A stretch of 64,000 nucleotides of DNA from positions 2,765,738 to 2,829,737 of the forward strand of contig NC_068991.1 in NCBI RefSeq assembly GCF_001194135.2. Reading direction: 5' to 3'. Below are positions 25,826 to 39,003 of this stretch, piece by piece. Positions within the stretch are counted from its first letter, which is position 1. Each line of letters begins with the position of its first letter. The notes beneath the pieces are model-generated. The model ran no database searches and was not told the DNA's origin. It was given only the letters and a program-made list of their open reading frames with translations. The translations under genes and the position numbers were made by a program. This DNA comes from Octopus bimaculoides (Eukaryota).

Positions 25826-25865
25826 GAGGGGCTTCTTTCCACCTACCAAATTCACTCACAAGGCT
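25562..25865 (-). mobile_element. SINE family B, 3' two-thirds
   Basis: cttttacttgtttcagtcattt...gcggccatgttggagcaccgcc...ctgaaccgctaag...gacgtaaacac...ggttgtcaagcg. Confidence 0.88.
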
Positions 25866-27849
25866 ACAGCCTTCGTTTTAGAGTCAGCCAGGGCTGCATT
25901 TTCTAATGCGTCATTTCCTTCCTTTTGTAAGTTATAGCTGTGATTCGAAGGCAATTTGGCATCTGTTTCTAGCAGGTAGCGCCACCACGTGAAAGTTTCC
26001 CTACTGGAACTGCTTTTGGAGTTGTTAACGTTGTTATCGATTCAGCTGCTACTGCTGTTGTTGCTAGTGTTGCTGCTGCCGCCGCCGCCGCCGCCGTCGA
26101 CACCGTCTCAACTGCTGCTGCTGCTGCTGCAGATGTTTGTTGTCGTTCAAGCCGGCTTTGTTACTACTGGTCATACTATTTCTGCTACTAAATATAGATG
26201 TTGCCGCCGTTGTTGATAATGTTGCGTTTCTGGTTGTTGCTATTTGCTATATTTCATGTGCTATTTATCTGCCTGTTGGTATAATTATAATTATTATAAT
26301 TATAATAATTATTATTATTGCTAATCTTATCGCTGGTGATTAATACTGTTGTTACTTCCTGCAGCTGTTATCAATGTTGCTAAGGCTGCTAAAATGCAGT
26401 TGCTGCAGTGGCTTCTGTTATTGTTATGGTTGTTGCTATTGTCGTTAATATTGCAAATACCGTTGATGTTGTTGTTGTTGCTGCAGCTGCTTGCAATGTC
26501 CTTCGCGTTATTAATACTGCTATGTTGCGAACGCTTCCAGCTGCTAATATCGTTGTTGCTACTGACGCAACATGTTATTATGGATAATGCCGTAGTAGCT
26601 CCAGTTGCTATTTACTTGTAAAATCGTTTAATGTTGCTAACGCCCTGCTGCTGTTGTCGAGGCTGCAGTTGATGCTAACACCGTTTACTGCAATTCACGT
26701 TGCAGCTGTTGTTGCTATGGCTGCCACACACAAACATCTCAATGCTATTGCTCCTGTTGCTATTTCCCCCCGCATAGTTGCTAATGTTAGTACGTTGTGA
26801 ACACGGCAGCTACCATTGCTACACTTTCTGCTATCACCCTTCTTGCATGAGACACCACACCGTAAATACTGCAAATCGCATCATTGCTGCTATGCGCCTT
26901 CAATGTTGTTAACGTTGCTAATGCTGCCCTAGCCGTCGCTATTGTTTCTACTACAGCCACTACTGTCACTGCTGCAGCTGCTGTTGCCGTTGTTATAGCG
27001 GTGGTAGTTTTGCTGCAGCATGACACGCTGATAATTGTTATTGTCATTGTTTTGTTGTTGAAGTTGTTGCTATTGTTTTTTGCGGTTTCTATCTGCAAAT
27101 GCATTGAGTTAATCTGGTAGCTGCAGCAGCTGCAACTGGTGCTGTTTTTCTTACACTTTCTGTCACCTTCGTTGTTGCAGGTGTTATTGGTGTTGTTGTT
27201 GCATTTATCGTTGCAACTGTTTCTGAGGTTGTTGCTGTTGTCTGCATTGTTGCATCTGCCGTTTCTTGTTCTTGTTATCGCTGCCCTTTATCGTGCTGCT
27301 GTTGTCGCTGAGGCGCTGCGAACAACGTTGGTGGCATTGTCCTCCCCGCTGCTGTTTCTCTTGAAGTTGCCGATGCTGCACGGTGGAAAACATTGATAAC
27401 ATTGTTGATGCTCTTGCTACTGCCGCGGCTTCTGCTGCTACCGTTGCTGTTGCAGCTGCTGCTGCTGCTGCTGCTACAGCCATCACTGCTGCTGCTGTTA
27501 CTGTTGCTGTTGTTGTTGCTGATGCACCAAACAAAACAGCGATGCCATTGTTGCTGCAGATGTTATTGTGCTGTTGTAATTCCAGTACCACCACCACCAC
27601 CACCACCACCACCGCTATCGTTGCATTTGTTGCAAAAAAGCAGCTTTAGCTGCAGCAGCAACAACAGCAGCAGCTTCTGTTGCAACAGCAACAGCAGCTG
27701 CACCAACAGCACCACCAACAGCTGCTGCTGCCGCTTTTGTTGTTGTCGTTGCAGTTGCTGTATATGCAGCAACTGCAACAGTTGCTGCTGTTGCTGTTGT
27801 TGCTGATGTTGCTTCTCTTGCCGATGCTGATGCTGCGGTTTTCACTACG

Positions 27850-28060
27850 AAACCACGCCCCTTTACGTTTTTCTGCTATGACGTCACAGTCATAGTAACC
27901 AGCATTAGCAACAGACTACCATATTTGGCGTTGCTAGCCGCGCTATATTTCTAGTCACTTGCCATATTTAGAACCGACAGTCGGCAAAGCCAAAGTTAAA
28001 GAACAGCGAAAAAAAATAAGCACAAACCGGCTTTGGTGACACATTCGCCATCTTGGCTGA
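27850..28060. promoter_or_regulatory. Promoter/enhancer-like motif island
   Basis: ccacgcccc (GC/KLF box, 27853), tgacgtca (CRE, 27879), ccatatttgg (CArG, 27919), inverted tagcaac/gttgcta RFX-like half sites (27906, 27930), ccatatttag (27962), cgccatcttgg (YY1, 28046). Confidence 0.45.
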
Positions 28061-28134
28061 CAGGGTCGCTGCTTGTTTTTTCTTTGTGTGTATGTGTGTT
28101 CCTTGTAGATGTTGTCTGTGGTGGATATTGTTGC

Positions 28135-28168
<34 letters not shown>

Positions 28169-28412
28169 GATGTTGGTGGTGGTGGTGGTGGTGGTGGTGG
28201 TGGTGATGTTTTGTTTATTACTGTCGGCGTTTTTCTGGCGTCTGTTGCACTTGTTGTGCTCGTGGATGTTGTGATGGTATCGGGGGTTATCGCTGTGGCT
28301 GTTCATGATGATGATGGTCGGGGTGGTGGTGGCGGCGGCGGCGGCAGTGGTGCTAATGATGATGATTGCAGCGACAGTAGTGGTGACAATATCCCTCCTC
28401 CTCCTCCTCCGC

Positions 28413-28456
<44 letters not shown>

Positions 28457-29166
28457 GTACACTAGTTGCCTATTGTGGCTTTCGCTGTTGCTGCACATAA
28501 TGATAAGGAAGACAATGACAGCGACAACGACGATGCCCATAATAATGATGACGATGATGATGATGGTGGTGGTGGTGGTGGTGGTAGCCGTAGTGATTGT
28601 AGTGGTGGTGGTGTTGGTTGTGTTGGTGGTTGAGATCATGGAGGAAATTATCATCAAGATCCTCGTTATTATTATTATCATAATTATTTCTACAAGTATT
28701 ACTTGAAGATGGAGACGCTGTCTTGCTGTGTGTTTATTAAAAGATGAACGAGGGGGAAGACTGGTGATACTCCGAGTATGCTTTTCTACGTAGGAGGAAA
28801 GAAATTGGAAGAGAGCACTTCCAAAGCCTTGAAGGCAGCAAACAAAAACCTGGCTCTTTTGTAGGGGGGTTTCCCCCAAATTTCCCTTGATGGACTCTTC
28901 CGTTATTGGCAATTCTATTTATTTTTCTCAATTCTAGTCTTTTGGTTGTCCTTTGTTAAATTCTATTTTGGTCGATGTAACCCCTCCTCCCTACCTTTTT
29001 CCTGTGTTCTACTTCGTCCCTTGGTATTGTCCTTAACGTCTTGGGCTCTTGTGGTCAGAAAAAGAAACCCGCCTTCTCCACCTCCTCATCTCGACATCTC
29101 CATTATCGTTAATATTATTGTTGTTGATGTTGCTGTTGCTACTACTACTACTACTACTACTACTGA

Positions 29167-29387
29167 GGTGGTGAGCTGGCAGAATCGTTAGCACGCCGGG
29201 CGAAATGCTTGGCGGTATTTCGTTCGTCTTTACGTTCTGAGTTCAAATTCCGCCGTGGCCAACTTTACCTTTTTTATCGTTGCTAGGGTCGGGGTCGTTA
29301 AAATAAGTAACAGTTGGTGACTGGGGTCGATGTAATCGACTTAGTCCCTGCCCCCGAAATCACTGGCCTTGTCTCAAAATTTGAAGC

Positions 29388-29441
<54 letters not shown>
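29167..29441 (+). mobile_element. SINE family A, full length with long (ATT)n tail
   Basis: ggtggtgagctggcagaatcgttagcacgccgggcgaaatgc...ctgagttcaaattccgccg...ctggggtcgatgtaatcgact...ggccttgtc; preceded by (ACT)n. Confidence 0.92.
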
Positions 29442-29442
<1 letters not shown>

Positions 29443-29853
29443 GTCATCGTGTGGCTGTTGTTGTGTTGTTGCTTCTGACGATCTCCCTGTTACTACTATG
29501 AATGCAGTGGCGGCTCTCGTTTTTGCCGCGGTCGATGTTGTAGTAGTGGAGGTTTTCGTTGTTGCAAAAATTGACAACAATCTACGATGACGATGGTGAT
29601 GGTCATCATCATCATCATCATCGTGGCAACGACGACGACAACGATGTCAATGGTGGTGGTGATGGTGTCGGTGGCGGTGTTCGTGGTGGTGGTGGAGGTC
29701 GTAGTGGTGGTGATGATGATGATGATGATGATGACGACTACGACGATGATGACGACGAGTCTTATGATGATGGTGATGGTAGTGGTAGTGGTGGTGGTGG
29801 TGGTGGTGGTGAAGAAGAGGTGGAGGAAGGGGAGGATCACAGCAATGATGACA

Positions 29854-29910
<57 letters not shown>

Positions 29911-30824
29911 GCTGGTGTTATTGATGTTGCTTTTGCTGTCTTGCTTCTCGTTTTCGAAGTCATCTTCATCGTCGTGCTGCTGGTGTTGCTGTTGTTGTTG
30001 TTGTTACTGCTGCTGCTGCTGCTGCTACTGCTACTCTTGTTGTTGTTGTTGTTGTTGTCGTTGATACTGTTGTTTGATCCCCCAGATCAACCATCATCGA
30101 ACAGATCCATAATTGGTGACGCTCCAGTCGTGACCAATCGTCAAACTCTGTACAATCACAGTATGACTAAGAACAACGTTATCCAATAGGCTTTACGTTT
30201 CTTCCCCTTTATAAGATGATTGAACCTAGTTTGAGGGAGGGTTTTGACTGATATTTCTTGCACACTGAAGGACCACATAGAGTCACGCTTATCGCTCTTA
30301 CTATTGCTACTTTTGTTATTGCTGCTGTTGTTGTTGTTGGTAGTGGTGGTGGTGGCAATGGTGGTGGTGGTAGTGGTGGTGGTGGTGGTGGTGGNNNNNN
30401 NNNNNNNNNNNNNNNNNNNNNNNNNNNNNNNNNNNNNNNNNNNNNNNNNNNNNNNNNNNNNNNNNNNNNNNNNNNNNNNNNNNNNNNNNNNNNNNNNNNN
30501 NNNNNNNNNNNNNNNNNNNNNNNNNNNNNNNNNNNNNNNNNNNNNNNNNNNNNNNNNNNNNNNNNNNNNNNNNNNNNNNNNNNNNNNNNNNNNNNNNNNN
30601 NNNNNNNNNNNNNNNNNNNNNNNNNNNNNNNNNNNNNNNNNNNNNNNNNNNNNNNNNNNNNNNNNNNNNNNNNNNNNNNNNNNNNNNNNNNNNNNNNNNN
30701 NNNNNNNNNNNNNNNNNNNNNNNNNNNNNNNNNNNNNNTGTCGCTGCTAAACTGTTGCTCCTACTCATTGTCATCGTCATCATCATCATCATCATCATCA
30801 TTATTATTATTATTATTATTATCA

Positions 30825-30892
<68 letters not shown>

Positions 30893-30963
30893 GTTATTAT
30901 TTTTATTGCTATTATTATTATTATCATTATCATTATTATTATTACCATTATCATTATTATTAC

Positions 30964-31011
<48 letters not shown>

Positions 31012-31772
31012 CATTATTATTGTTGTTGTTGTTGTTGTTGTTATAGATGTTGTATTTGATATTGGGGAAATTTTGTGTTTGCTGTTTTTTGTTGTTATTG
31101 TTTATATTTATCGATGTTGATAGTGTTCCCAAAAACTCAAGTCATCGATTCCGGTGTTTCTCGTTTGATTCCGTTGCTGCTGCTGCTGCTGCTATTGTTG
31201 TTGGTATTTTTGTTGTTGTTTTTATACTTGTGGTTGCTGTTGATTTCGATGTTGGTGTTGGTGGTGGTGGTGGTGGTGGTTGTGGTGGTATTGCTGTTGT
31301 TTTATACTGACAAATATGTTCAATTTTTTTAGTCATTGGGTGTTTTTTTTTATGTCTCTTCTACAAAAAGTCTCGTTTATTTACGTTTAATTACGCATTT
31401 ATTTACCTATGGTACTGTTTTCTTTTACACGATAGCATGGAGCAGGTACCCTAAACGACTCAAACACGTGCCCACACACACACACACATGTATATGTATA
31501 TACAATTTTACATTTGGGTATAAACCTTGTAGTGTTTATATATGCATGTGTGTATGTAAATAGGTATGTATGTATGTATACGTGTATATGCACACACACA
31601 CACAACATACATACATACATACATATATATGTATATATATACATATGTATACATATATATGTAGATGAACTCCATAAATCCTGCAAACGACTAATTTCCA
31701 GACTAACTGACATTAATAACAAACAACAAACATCTACATCAAAATCTAATTAAAGATATGAGTCTATATACA

Positions 31773-31816
<44 letters not shown>

Positions 31817-32136
31817 NNNNNNNNNNNNNNNNNNNNNNNNNNNNNNNNNNNNNNNNNNNNNNNNNNNNNNNNNNNNNNNNNNNNNNNNNNNNNNNNNNNN
31901 NNNNNNNNNNNNNNNNNNNNNNNNNNNNNNNNNNNNNNNNNNNNNNNNNNNNNNNNNNNNNNNNNNNNNNNNNNNNNNNNNNNNNNNNNNNNNNNNNNNN
32001 NNNNNNNNNNNNNNNNNNNNNNNNNNNNNNNNNNNNNNNNNNNNNNNNNNNNNNNNNNNNNNNNNNNNNNNNNNNNNNNNNNNNNNNNNNNNNNNNNNNN
32101 NNNNNNNNNNNNNNNNNNNNNNNNNNNNNNNNNNNN

Positions 32137-32176
<40 letters not shown>

Positions 32177-32204
32177 TACATACATACATACATACATACA
32201 TACA

Positions 32205-32533
32205 TACATACAAAAGATAAGACAGGTGGTGTAGACAACAAACAGATGTATTACTTTAACGCTCAGGAAGTGAAAAAGTCTTTAACGTTTCGAGCCTATG
32301 CTCTTCCACCGAAAGGAGCACAGAAAGAAAAAACAGAAAAGAGTAAGAACAACCAGAGTAGGAAGAAACGACAAATGGAAAAGGCCGAAAGTACAAAAAA
32401 AGTTTTAGAAAGTAGAAAAAAGTTAAGAAAAGTTCAAAAAGTTGAAAAGCTTCGAATGCCGTAATGTATTGGAGCGATTTATTATCAACGGAGGAGTCCA
32501 ATTCAGTCCATGGGCAGAAGCGGTGCAGCTGAA

Positions 32534-32540
<7 letters not shown>
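32205..32540 (-). mobile_element. Penelope-like element 3' end with a degenerate hammerhead (32280-32315)
   Basis: Minus strand: a short frame CTASAHGLN (resembles the L.P.GLN end of GIY-YIG domains), then cttt-CGGUGGA-a-GAGC AUAG GCUC-GAAA-CG-UU-aaag. Confidence 0.5.
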
Positions 32541-32567
<27 letters not shown>

Positions 32568-33723
32568 GTGGAAGTATATATAAAATATATCTTTAACTTT
32601 TACTCTTTCTCTTTACACGCATATACAGGCACACACGTAAAGTTATGAACACATCAATGCCTACATATATACATATAAGTATATACACGTATGTGTGAGT
32701 GTGTATACATAAGCGTGTATCTACACACGAATCATATTTGCAATGGTGTATTCCATTTTATTTCTTTCACATATACATCGTTATAGCTCTAATTAATTTT
32801 TAATTACTGGGCATTTTTAGCTTAGAAGTAAAATGTCTTGTGAAACACATGTTTGTCCAACTTTGAAATGCATGCAGACACAAAGACTGGTAGGCAGGTA
32901 GGTAGGTAGGTAGGTAGGTAGAGTGAGAGAGGGAGAAAGAGGGGAGAGATGGATAGATGGATGGATGGATAGATAGATAGATAGAGGAAGAGAGATAGAG
33001 AGATAGAGAGAGAGTGTGAGAGAGAGATGGATAGATAGACTGTCAAGCAGATACACACACAGGTATATAGTAAGGTAAAGAGATGCATACATGCCTAGAT
33101 CTTTCATTATATACATAGAGAATACGAACAAAACCCACAAGCGTGCTCGATGCGCATGCGCAATGCGTGAGAATACCCGGCATTAAACTAATGCTGTTTA
33201 TGTAGGTGTATTACATGTGGATGTATGTATGTGTATGCACGTATGTATGTTAGTATGTATATATGAATGTGTGTGCGTGTACATACATACACATAAATAG
33301 ATGTGTGTATATATATGTATATNNNNNNNNNNNNNNNNNNNNNNNNNNNNNNNNNNNNNNNNNNNNNNNNNNNNNNNNNNNNNNNNNNNNNNNNNNNNNN
33401 NNNNNNNNNNNNNNNNNNNNNNNNNNNNNNNNNNNNNNNNNNNNNNNNNNNNNNNNNNNNNNNNNNNNNNNNNNNNNNNNNNNNNNNNNNNNNNNNNNNN
33501 NNNNNNNNNNNNNNNNNNNNNNNNNNNNNNNNNNNNNNNNNNNNNNNNNNNNNNNNNNNNNNNNNNNNNNNNNNNNNNNNNNNNNNNNNNNNNNNNNNNN
33601 NNNNNNNNNNNNNNNNNNNNNNNNNNNNNNNNNNNNNNNNNNNNNNNNNNNNNNNNNNNNNNNNNNNNNNNNNNNNNNNNNNNNNNNNNNNNNNNNNNNN
33701 NNNNNNNNNNNNNNNNNNNNNNN

Positions 33724-33767
<44 letters not shown>

Positions 33768-34060
33768 CCCACAGTTACACTGAAACATATAGCCATAGAT
33801 ATATACACGTAAATGCATACAGACTGACAGAGGCAGACATCACGTATACATACCGTCATACATTCACAGATGTATACACATCTCTGCATACACCCACATA
33901 AAAGAGCGTTCGTCTTATGCTGTATAGGTCGTATGCATAGATGTATATGTTCGCATACGCACTGATTGTCACGTATTGCGCATGCGCACGCGACACGCAT
34001 TGAGTGACTGTAATTTGGTCGGAAATCGAGTTTGCGTCATATAAATGGACAGACAATTAT

Positions 34061-34101
<41 letters not shown>

Positions 34102-34162
34102 ACATATATAGAGAGAGATAAAGGAAAATTCGCTATGTATATCTTTCTATCTNNNNNNNNNN

Positions 34163-34206
<44 letters not shown>

Positions 34207-34482
34207 AATATAGTGATAGAGATATCGTGATGTAGTAATATTTAAACTGTTCTTGCAACATATAAGCACGTGTGTGTGTATAATTGAGGAGAGATGTGTG
34301 TATACATACATGCATACACACACACACACACTGACGCACGCACACACGTACACACGTACACATCTGCTTATATCTGTGTATATCTACAATTACAAATATC
34401 CTCAGATACTCGAGCACGTGTTAGCGCACGCATATTCACGCCAGATATGTAGCAATGAGTGTGTGTATGTACGCGCGTGCGA

Positions 34483-34533
<51 letters not shown>

Positions 34534-34879
34534 TGCGTGTGTGTGTGTGTACGTGTGTGCTTATGAGCGTGTACCTAGACATGTGTATATATGCGCATGT
34601 GTAGGGGAGACGTGTATCTATCTATCTATCTATCTATCTATATATANNNNNNNNNNNNNNNNNNNNNNNNNNNNNNNNNNNNNNNNNNNNNNNNNNNNNN
34701 NNNNNNNNNNNNNNNNNNNNNNNNNNNNNNNNNNNNNNNNNNNNNNNNNNNNNNNNNNNNNNNNNTATATATATATAAATATATATATATATGTATGTAT
34801 GTATATACATACGCACGTACGCACACACAGACGCGCGCGCGCGCTCGTGTGTGTGTATAGAATCATATAAACTACAACG

Positions 34880-35032
34880 CTGTTGGGGTATCGCCTTGAA
34901 ACCGGTTAGTCGAACAAATTGATCCCTCTACCTTGTTTATTTTGTTTCTCAGCCAATTATGCCGAGCCTCTAAGTTACAGTGACGTAAACAAACCAACGC
35001 CGGTTGTCTAGCGATGGTTGGGGGACGAACAA
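34880..35032 (-). mobile_element. SINE family B, 3' fragment
   Basis: tagtcgaacaaattgatccc...gccgagcctctaagttacagtgacgtaaacaaaccaacgccggttgtctagcgatggttggggg. Confidence 0.75.
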
Positions 35033-35104
35033 ACAAACATAAAGCACAAAGGCCCTTTGGGATGAATATACGTTATGTCATGGGTGTGAATATGCTTGGG
35101 AACT

Positions 35105-35142
<38 letters not shown>

Positions 35143-35629
35143 AAGATTATGCCTGTTTAGTGTATCTAATATATACACGCCTAGATATCTGGTTGCTAAA
35201 GTCACCATATATACTCCCCTACTGCACGACTCGTGGTTTTACGCCTGAAATAAGCCACGCTTAGCTTGATCGAAATAAAGGTATATATTCAAGAGAATTG
35301 CATAAAAGATGAAACAATATTACAATGAAAGGAACATTTAATAGATCAAAACGCAAATCAGTTTTTAAGATCGTCAACTTCCATGAAGCACATTGCCATT
35401 GTCCTGCTAAATCGTCTTATACTTTGCGTGAGATACTTTCAGCCTGATGTATTGTCTCTAAAGTGTGAATTTAATTAGTGTTGCAGCTGAGCAATAGAAA
35501 AATGACTGGAAAAACGATTATCATTCATATACTTTTCTGAAATGATTGGAGGAAATTGAGGTGGACAGGACCTGTAAATTGTATAAATTACTAGTGTATT
35601 GAGCGAGGGGTCAAGGTAGAAAAGTGTTA

Positions 35630-35700
35630 GACAGACCGACAGGCAGGCAGGTAGATAGACAAACAAACAGACAGGTAGATAGACAGACAGATAGACAAGC

Positions 35701-35736
<36 letters not shown>

Positions 35737-35737
35737 G

Positions 35738-35772
<35 letters not shown>

Positions 35773-35773
35773 G

Positions 35774-35825
<52 letters not shown>

Positions 35826-35975
35826 CGTCAGAAGTGGCTTATTAACAGCTTTGAAGGAAAGAATATGAAACTCAATTCTCTGTTAGTCCCATCTGTCTGT
35901 CTGTCTTTCTGTCTGTCTGTCTCTCTCTCACTCTCTCTCGCTCTCTCCACTCTCTCTCTCTCTCTCCCTATCTCA

Positions 35976-36016
<41 letters not shown>

Positions 36017-36030
36017 CTCTCTCTCTCTCC
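35630..36030. repeat. (GACA)n/(GATA)n array followed by a (CT)n array
   Basis: Read directly from sequence. Confidence 0.95.
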
Positions 36031-36072
36031 CTCACTTCTTTTCCCCCGTCTTCCTCTTTGTCTTTCTCTTTA

Positions 36073-36208
36073 TAATCTTTTCTACTCTAGGCACAAGGCC
36101 CGATTTTTTAGGGGAGGGGGCAGTCGATTAGATCGACTCCAGTACGCAACTGGTACTTAATCGACCTCGAAAAGATGAAAGCAAAGTCGACCTCGGTGGA
36201 ATTTGAAT
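36073..36208 (-). mobile_element. SINE family A, 3' part
   Basis: cttttctactctaggcacaaggcccg...gtcgattagatcgactccagtacgcaactggtactt...gcaaagtcgacctcggtggaatttgaa. Confidence 0.88.
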
Positions 36209-37016
36209 ACATGCATACAGAATGCGAAAGAGAGTTGAGAGTTTCAAATCAAACCAAACCGAAAGTTGTGCTTCAGGCAAACAGATTTCACGAAAATTAC
36301 AATGATTGCTCAAAACCGTTCCAAGCTTTTACAGGCGTGCTGTGTTAAAAATGCAACATACATTGGTGGGTAGGGGAGCGAAAAATCGTCCTAGCAGCGG
36401 CTAGGGGCAACGCTAGATGCATTTCGACCTTCTTAGGCTTTGTCAATGACATATACTCGCAACCATATGCTTAGCGGAAATTTGTCACCTGTGATATATG
36501 AAAGCTGTCCTTGAGGCTGGCCGCAGATTAATGCCTAAAAGAAGTAAAAGAGTGAAAGAGATTATGGCCATTCATGTGGATCGAACCTGGAATCTCATGA
36601 TTACAAAAGGAGTTTCTGAACTATTTGGGCATAATTATACCTACCTATGCACTCAGATGTGAGCCAAGGAAGGAGCGAGTTTCTAGTTGATCGTTCGACC
36701 GAGCACCGAAATCTCTCTCAAAGCATGATAAGACCGCCTTTAAGACAGACAGAAGGACACACAGAACAATGTGGTCCTCGGTATACGATGTCAAGAAAAA
36801 AAAAGAAAAGAAAGAAAGAAAAGGAAGAGAAAAGAAAGCATGGAATAATTGCAGTTTTCATCACCGGTTTGTTTGCGCAGCGCTCCTTTATGTGAAACCC
36901 CAGCAGAAGTATCAAATGATACTTGCAACGAGATATCAGGCAATGTATTTCGATATCTAGATATCAGAATAGATAACAGTGTACAGGTCTGAACCTCACA
37001 CGCACACGCGCGCGCG

Positions 37017-37055
<39 letters not shown>

Positions 37056-37190
37056 CCACGCGCACACACGCACGACGCACGCACTCACGCGCGCGCCCAC
37101 CACACATACTCGCAGCGCAGATATCGTGGTGCTGAATTTTCCAGCTGCATACGAAGCCCAAGTAATTTGTGGCTTCTTTGCTTAACTGAA

Positions 37191-38020
37191 ATATTGGGTC
37201 ATCCCATAAATAATGCAGTTATTTCTTTAATACTTCTCTTATTTTACAAAATTAAGATAAGCAAGTTTTTTTTAATTTAAAATATATTCTCCTTCATTTT
37301 CTACAGTGCTCTTCGATCGATCTAGTAGACTTGCAAGGCCCCTTTTCCTAAATTCACTTGTCCCTGACGAAAGATACTCCTCCAGTACTGTTCTGACCTC
37401 GTCTACAGAATTCATAATTTTTCCGTCCAAATGATTTTGAAGTCTGCGGAATAAATGATAATCAGATGGGACAATGTCTGGCGAATATGGTCGTTGGAGT
37501 ATCGTTTCCCATTCAAACTGTTCCAGCCTTTGGAATATCATCCCCGCTGTGTGTGGCCAAGTATTATCCTGATGGAAGAACACCCTTCTTCTAGAAATCA
37601 AAGATAGTCATTTTTCTTCTAACGCCGACTTAAGCCGCACAAGCTGCTCGCAGTAGATCTCCTTTGTTATCGTCTGGTTTAAGTTTAAAAGTTCAAAGTG
37701 GACTAAACCTCTCTTATCCTACCAAAGAGGTAACAACACCTTACGTGGATGAAGACCTTCTTTAGCCTGGGGTACCGGTCTTTCTCCTTTCCCTACCCAC
37801 TATCTTCGGAGCTTGACATTTTTATAGAGAGCTCATTTCTCATCACCAGTCACTATTCTGTCCCCAAAAAGAAGGTTCATTCGTGAGACGTGATAGCTAA
37901 GAAAAGCACACATTCACTCTCTGCGCGCGATTATTCTCGGAAAGTTTGCGACGAAGCCATTGACCCAATTTGCTGACTTTTTTTTATGGCACGCAGGTGT
38001 TGATGAATGGTTGAATGACC
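37191..38020 (-). mobile_element. Mariner transposon relic covering most of the DD34D transposase, with 3' TIR
   Basis: ORF 37272-37601 has FHQDNTWPH, PYSPDIVPSDYHLFRRLQNHL and ENEGEYILN*. Broken upstream frames give LGHSTIHQHLRAI, PQAKEGLHPRKVLL and RGLVHFELLNLNQTITKEIYCEQL. TIR-like atattgggtcatcccataaataatgc at ~37191. The 5' side is cut by a SINE B tail (38030-38105). Confidence 0.92.
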
Positions 38021-38392
38021 AAGCTTCTTTCTAGTTCCGATTTGTTCAACTAAACCCTTCAAGCTGGTGCCCCAGCATGGACGTAATCCAATAACTAAAA
38101 GAAACACGAGAGAATAGAGTTGCACATATTCTTGAATTTCGTTGTTTTACGCAATAAACCGATCCCATTGTAAATATGATACGATTGTTCAGAGATATAT
38201 GCGCTTGAAGAAGAACGGCGAATCAGATCGAGAGAAGCGCGTGGTTTCCGATCGGCCCTCGAGAGAGAAACCGAAGCAGGGCGCTGCTCTCCAGCCTGCG
38301 GGCGCTGCACTGCAACCTGCGGGCGCTACGAGAGAGAGAGAAAGAGAGAGACAGGGCAGCTAACTAGCTACGTACTACTCTTTCTATCTCTT

Positions 38393-38452
<60 letters not shown>

Positions 38453-38961
38453 CAGGTGGTAGTGGTGTTAGTGTTGTTGTTGTTGGTGGTGGTGTGTATG
38501 TATGTTTATGTGCTCATTTGTGGTATCATAAGTTGGCGTGATGTCAACTGCCCCAACTAACTAAATGACATTTAAAGGCATTTTTTTTTTTGTTTTTTTT
38601 TAAGGGTTACACCTTTGTGTTCAGGGGTTGGTAACATTTCGAGAAAGGATGATTTTGCATAGAGACTAGGCGGATGTACGTAAAACAGTAAGACCGAAAT
38701 ACGGTTAGAGGAGGGGGAAGAGGAGGAAAAGGAGGAGGAAGAGGAGGAGGAAGAGGAGGAGGAAGAGGAGGAAAAGGAGGAGGAAGATGATATATTTGAA
38801 ATCGGGGTCTAATGGTCAATTAGTAAAGCCCATCTTTTATAAACACTCAATTTAATCACTGTGTATTTACAACAGAGAATCCATCCTCGTGTATTGCTAT
38901 AAAAGTACGCAGCTGACATTTTCTGGCAGTTTCTACCTAATTAATGGTTTATATCTTCTCC

Positions 38962-39003
<42 letters not shown>

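Larger units (their letters stand above)
25990..31310. repeat. ~5.3 kb region of pure and degenerate trinucleotide repeats (GCT/GTT/GGT/GAT/ATT/ACT)
   Basis: Read directly from sequence. ORFs here switch between homopolymeric frames and carry frequent stops. Confidence 0.92.

Noticed and set aside
27968-28912. 314-aa minus-strand ORF
   Set aside because: Mosaic of poly-T/I/D/N tracts from triplet repeats with no coherent domain. Only its final MANVSPKP start is noted with the motif island.
36388-36418. cctagc-agcg-gctagg hairpin followed by CTAG (Helitron 3' end-like)
   Set aside because: Short spacing, followed by A rather than T, and no matching 5' end identified.
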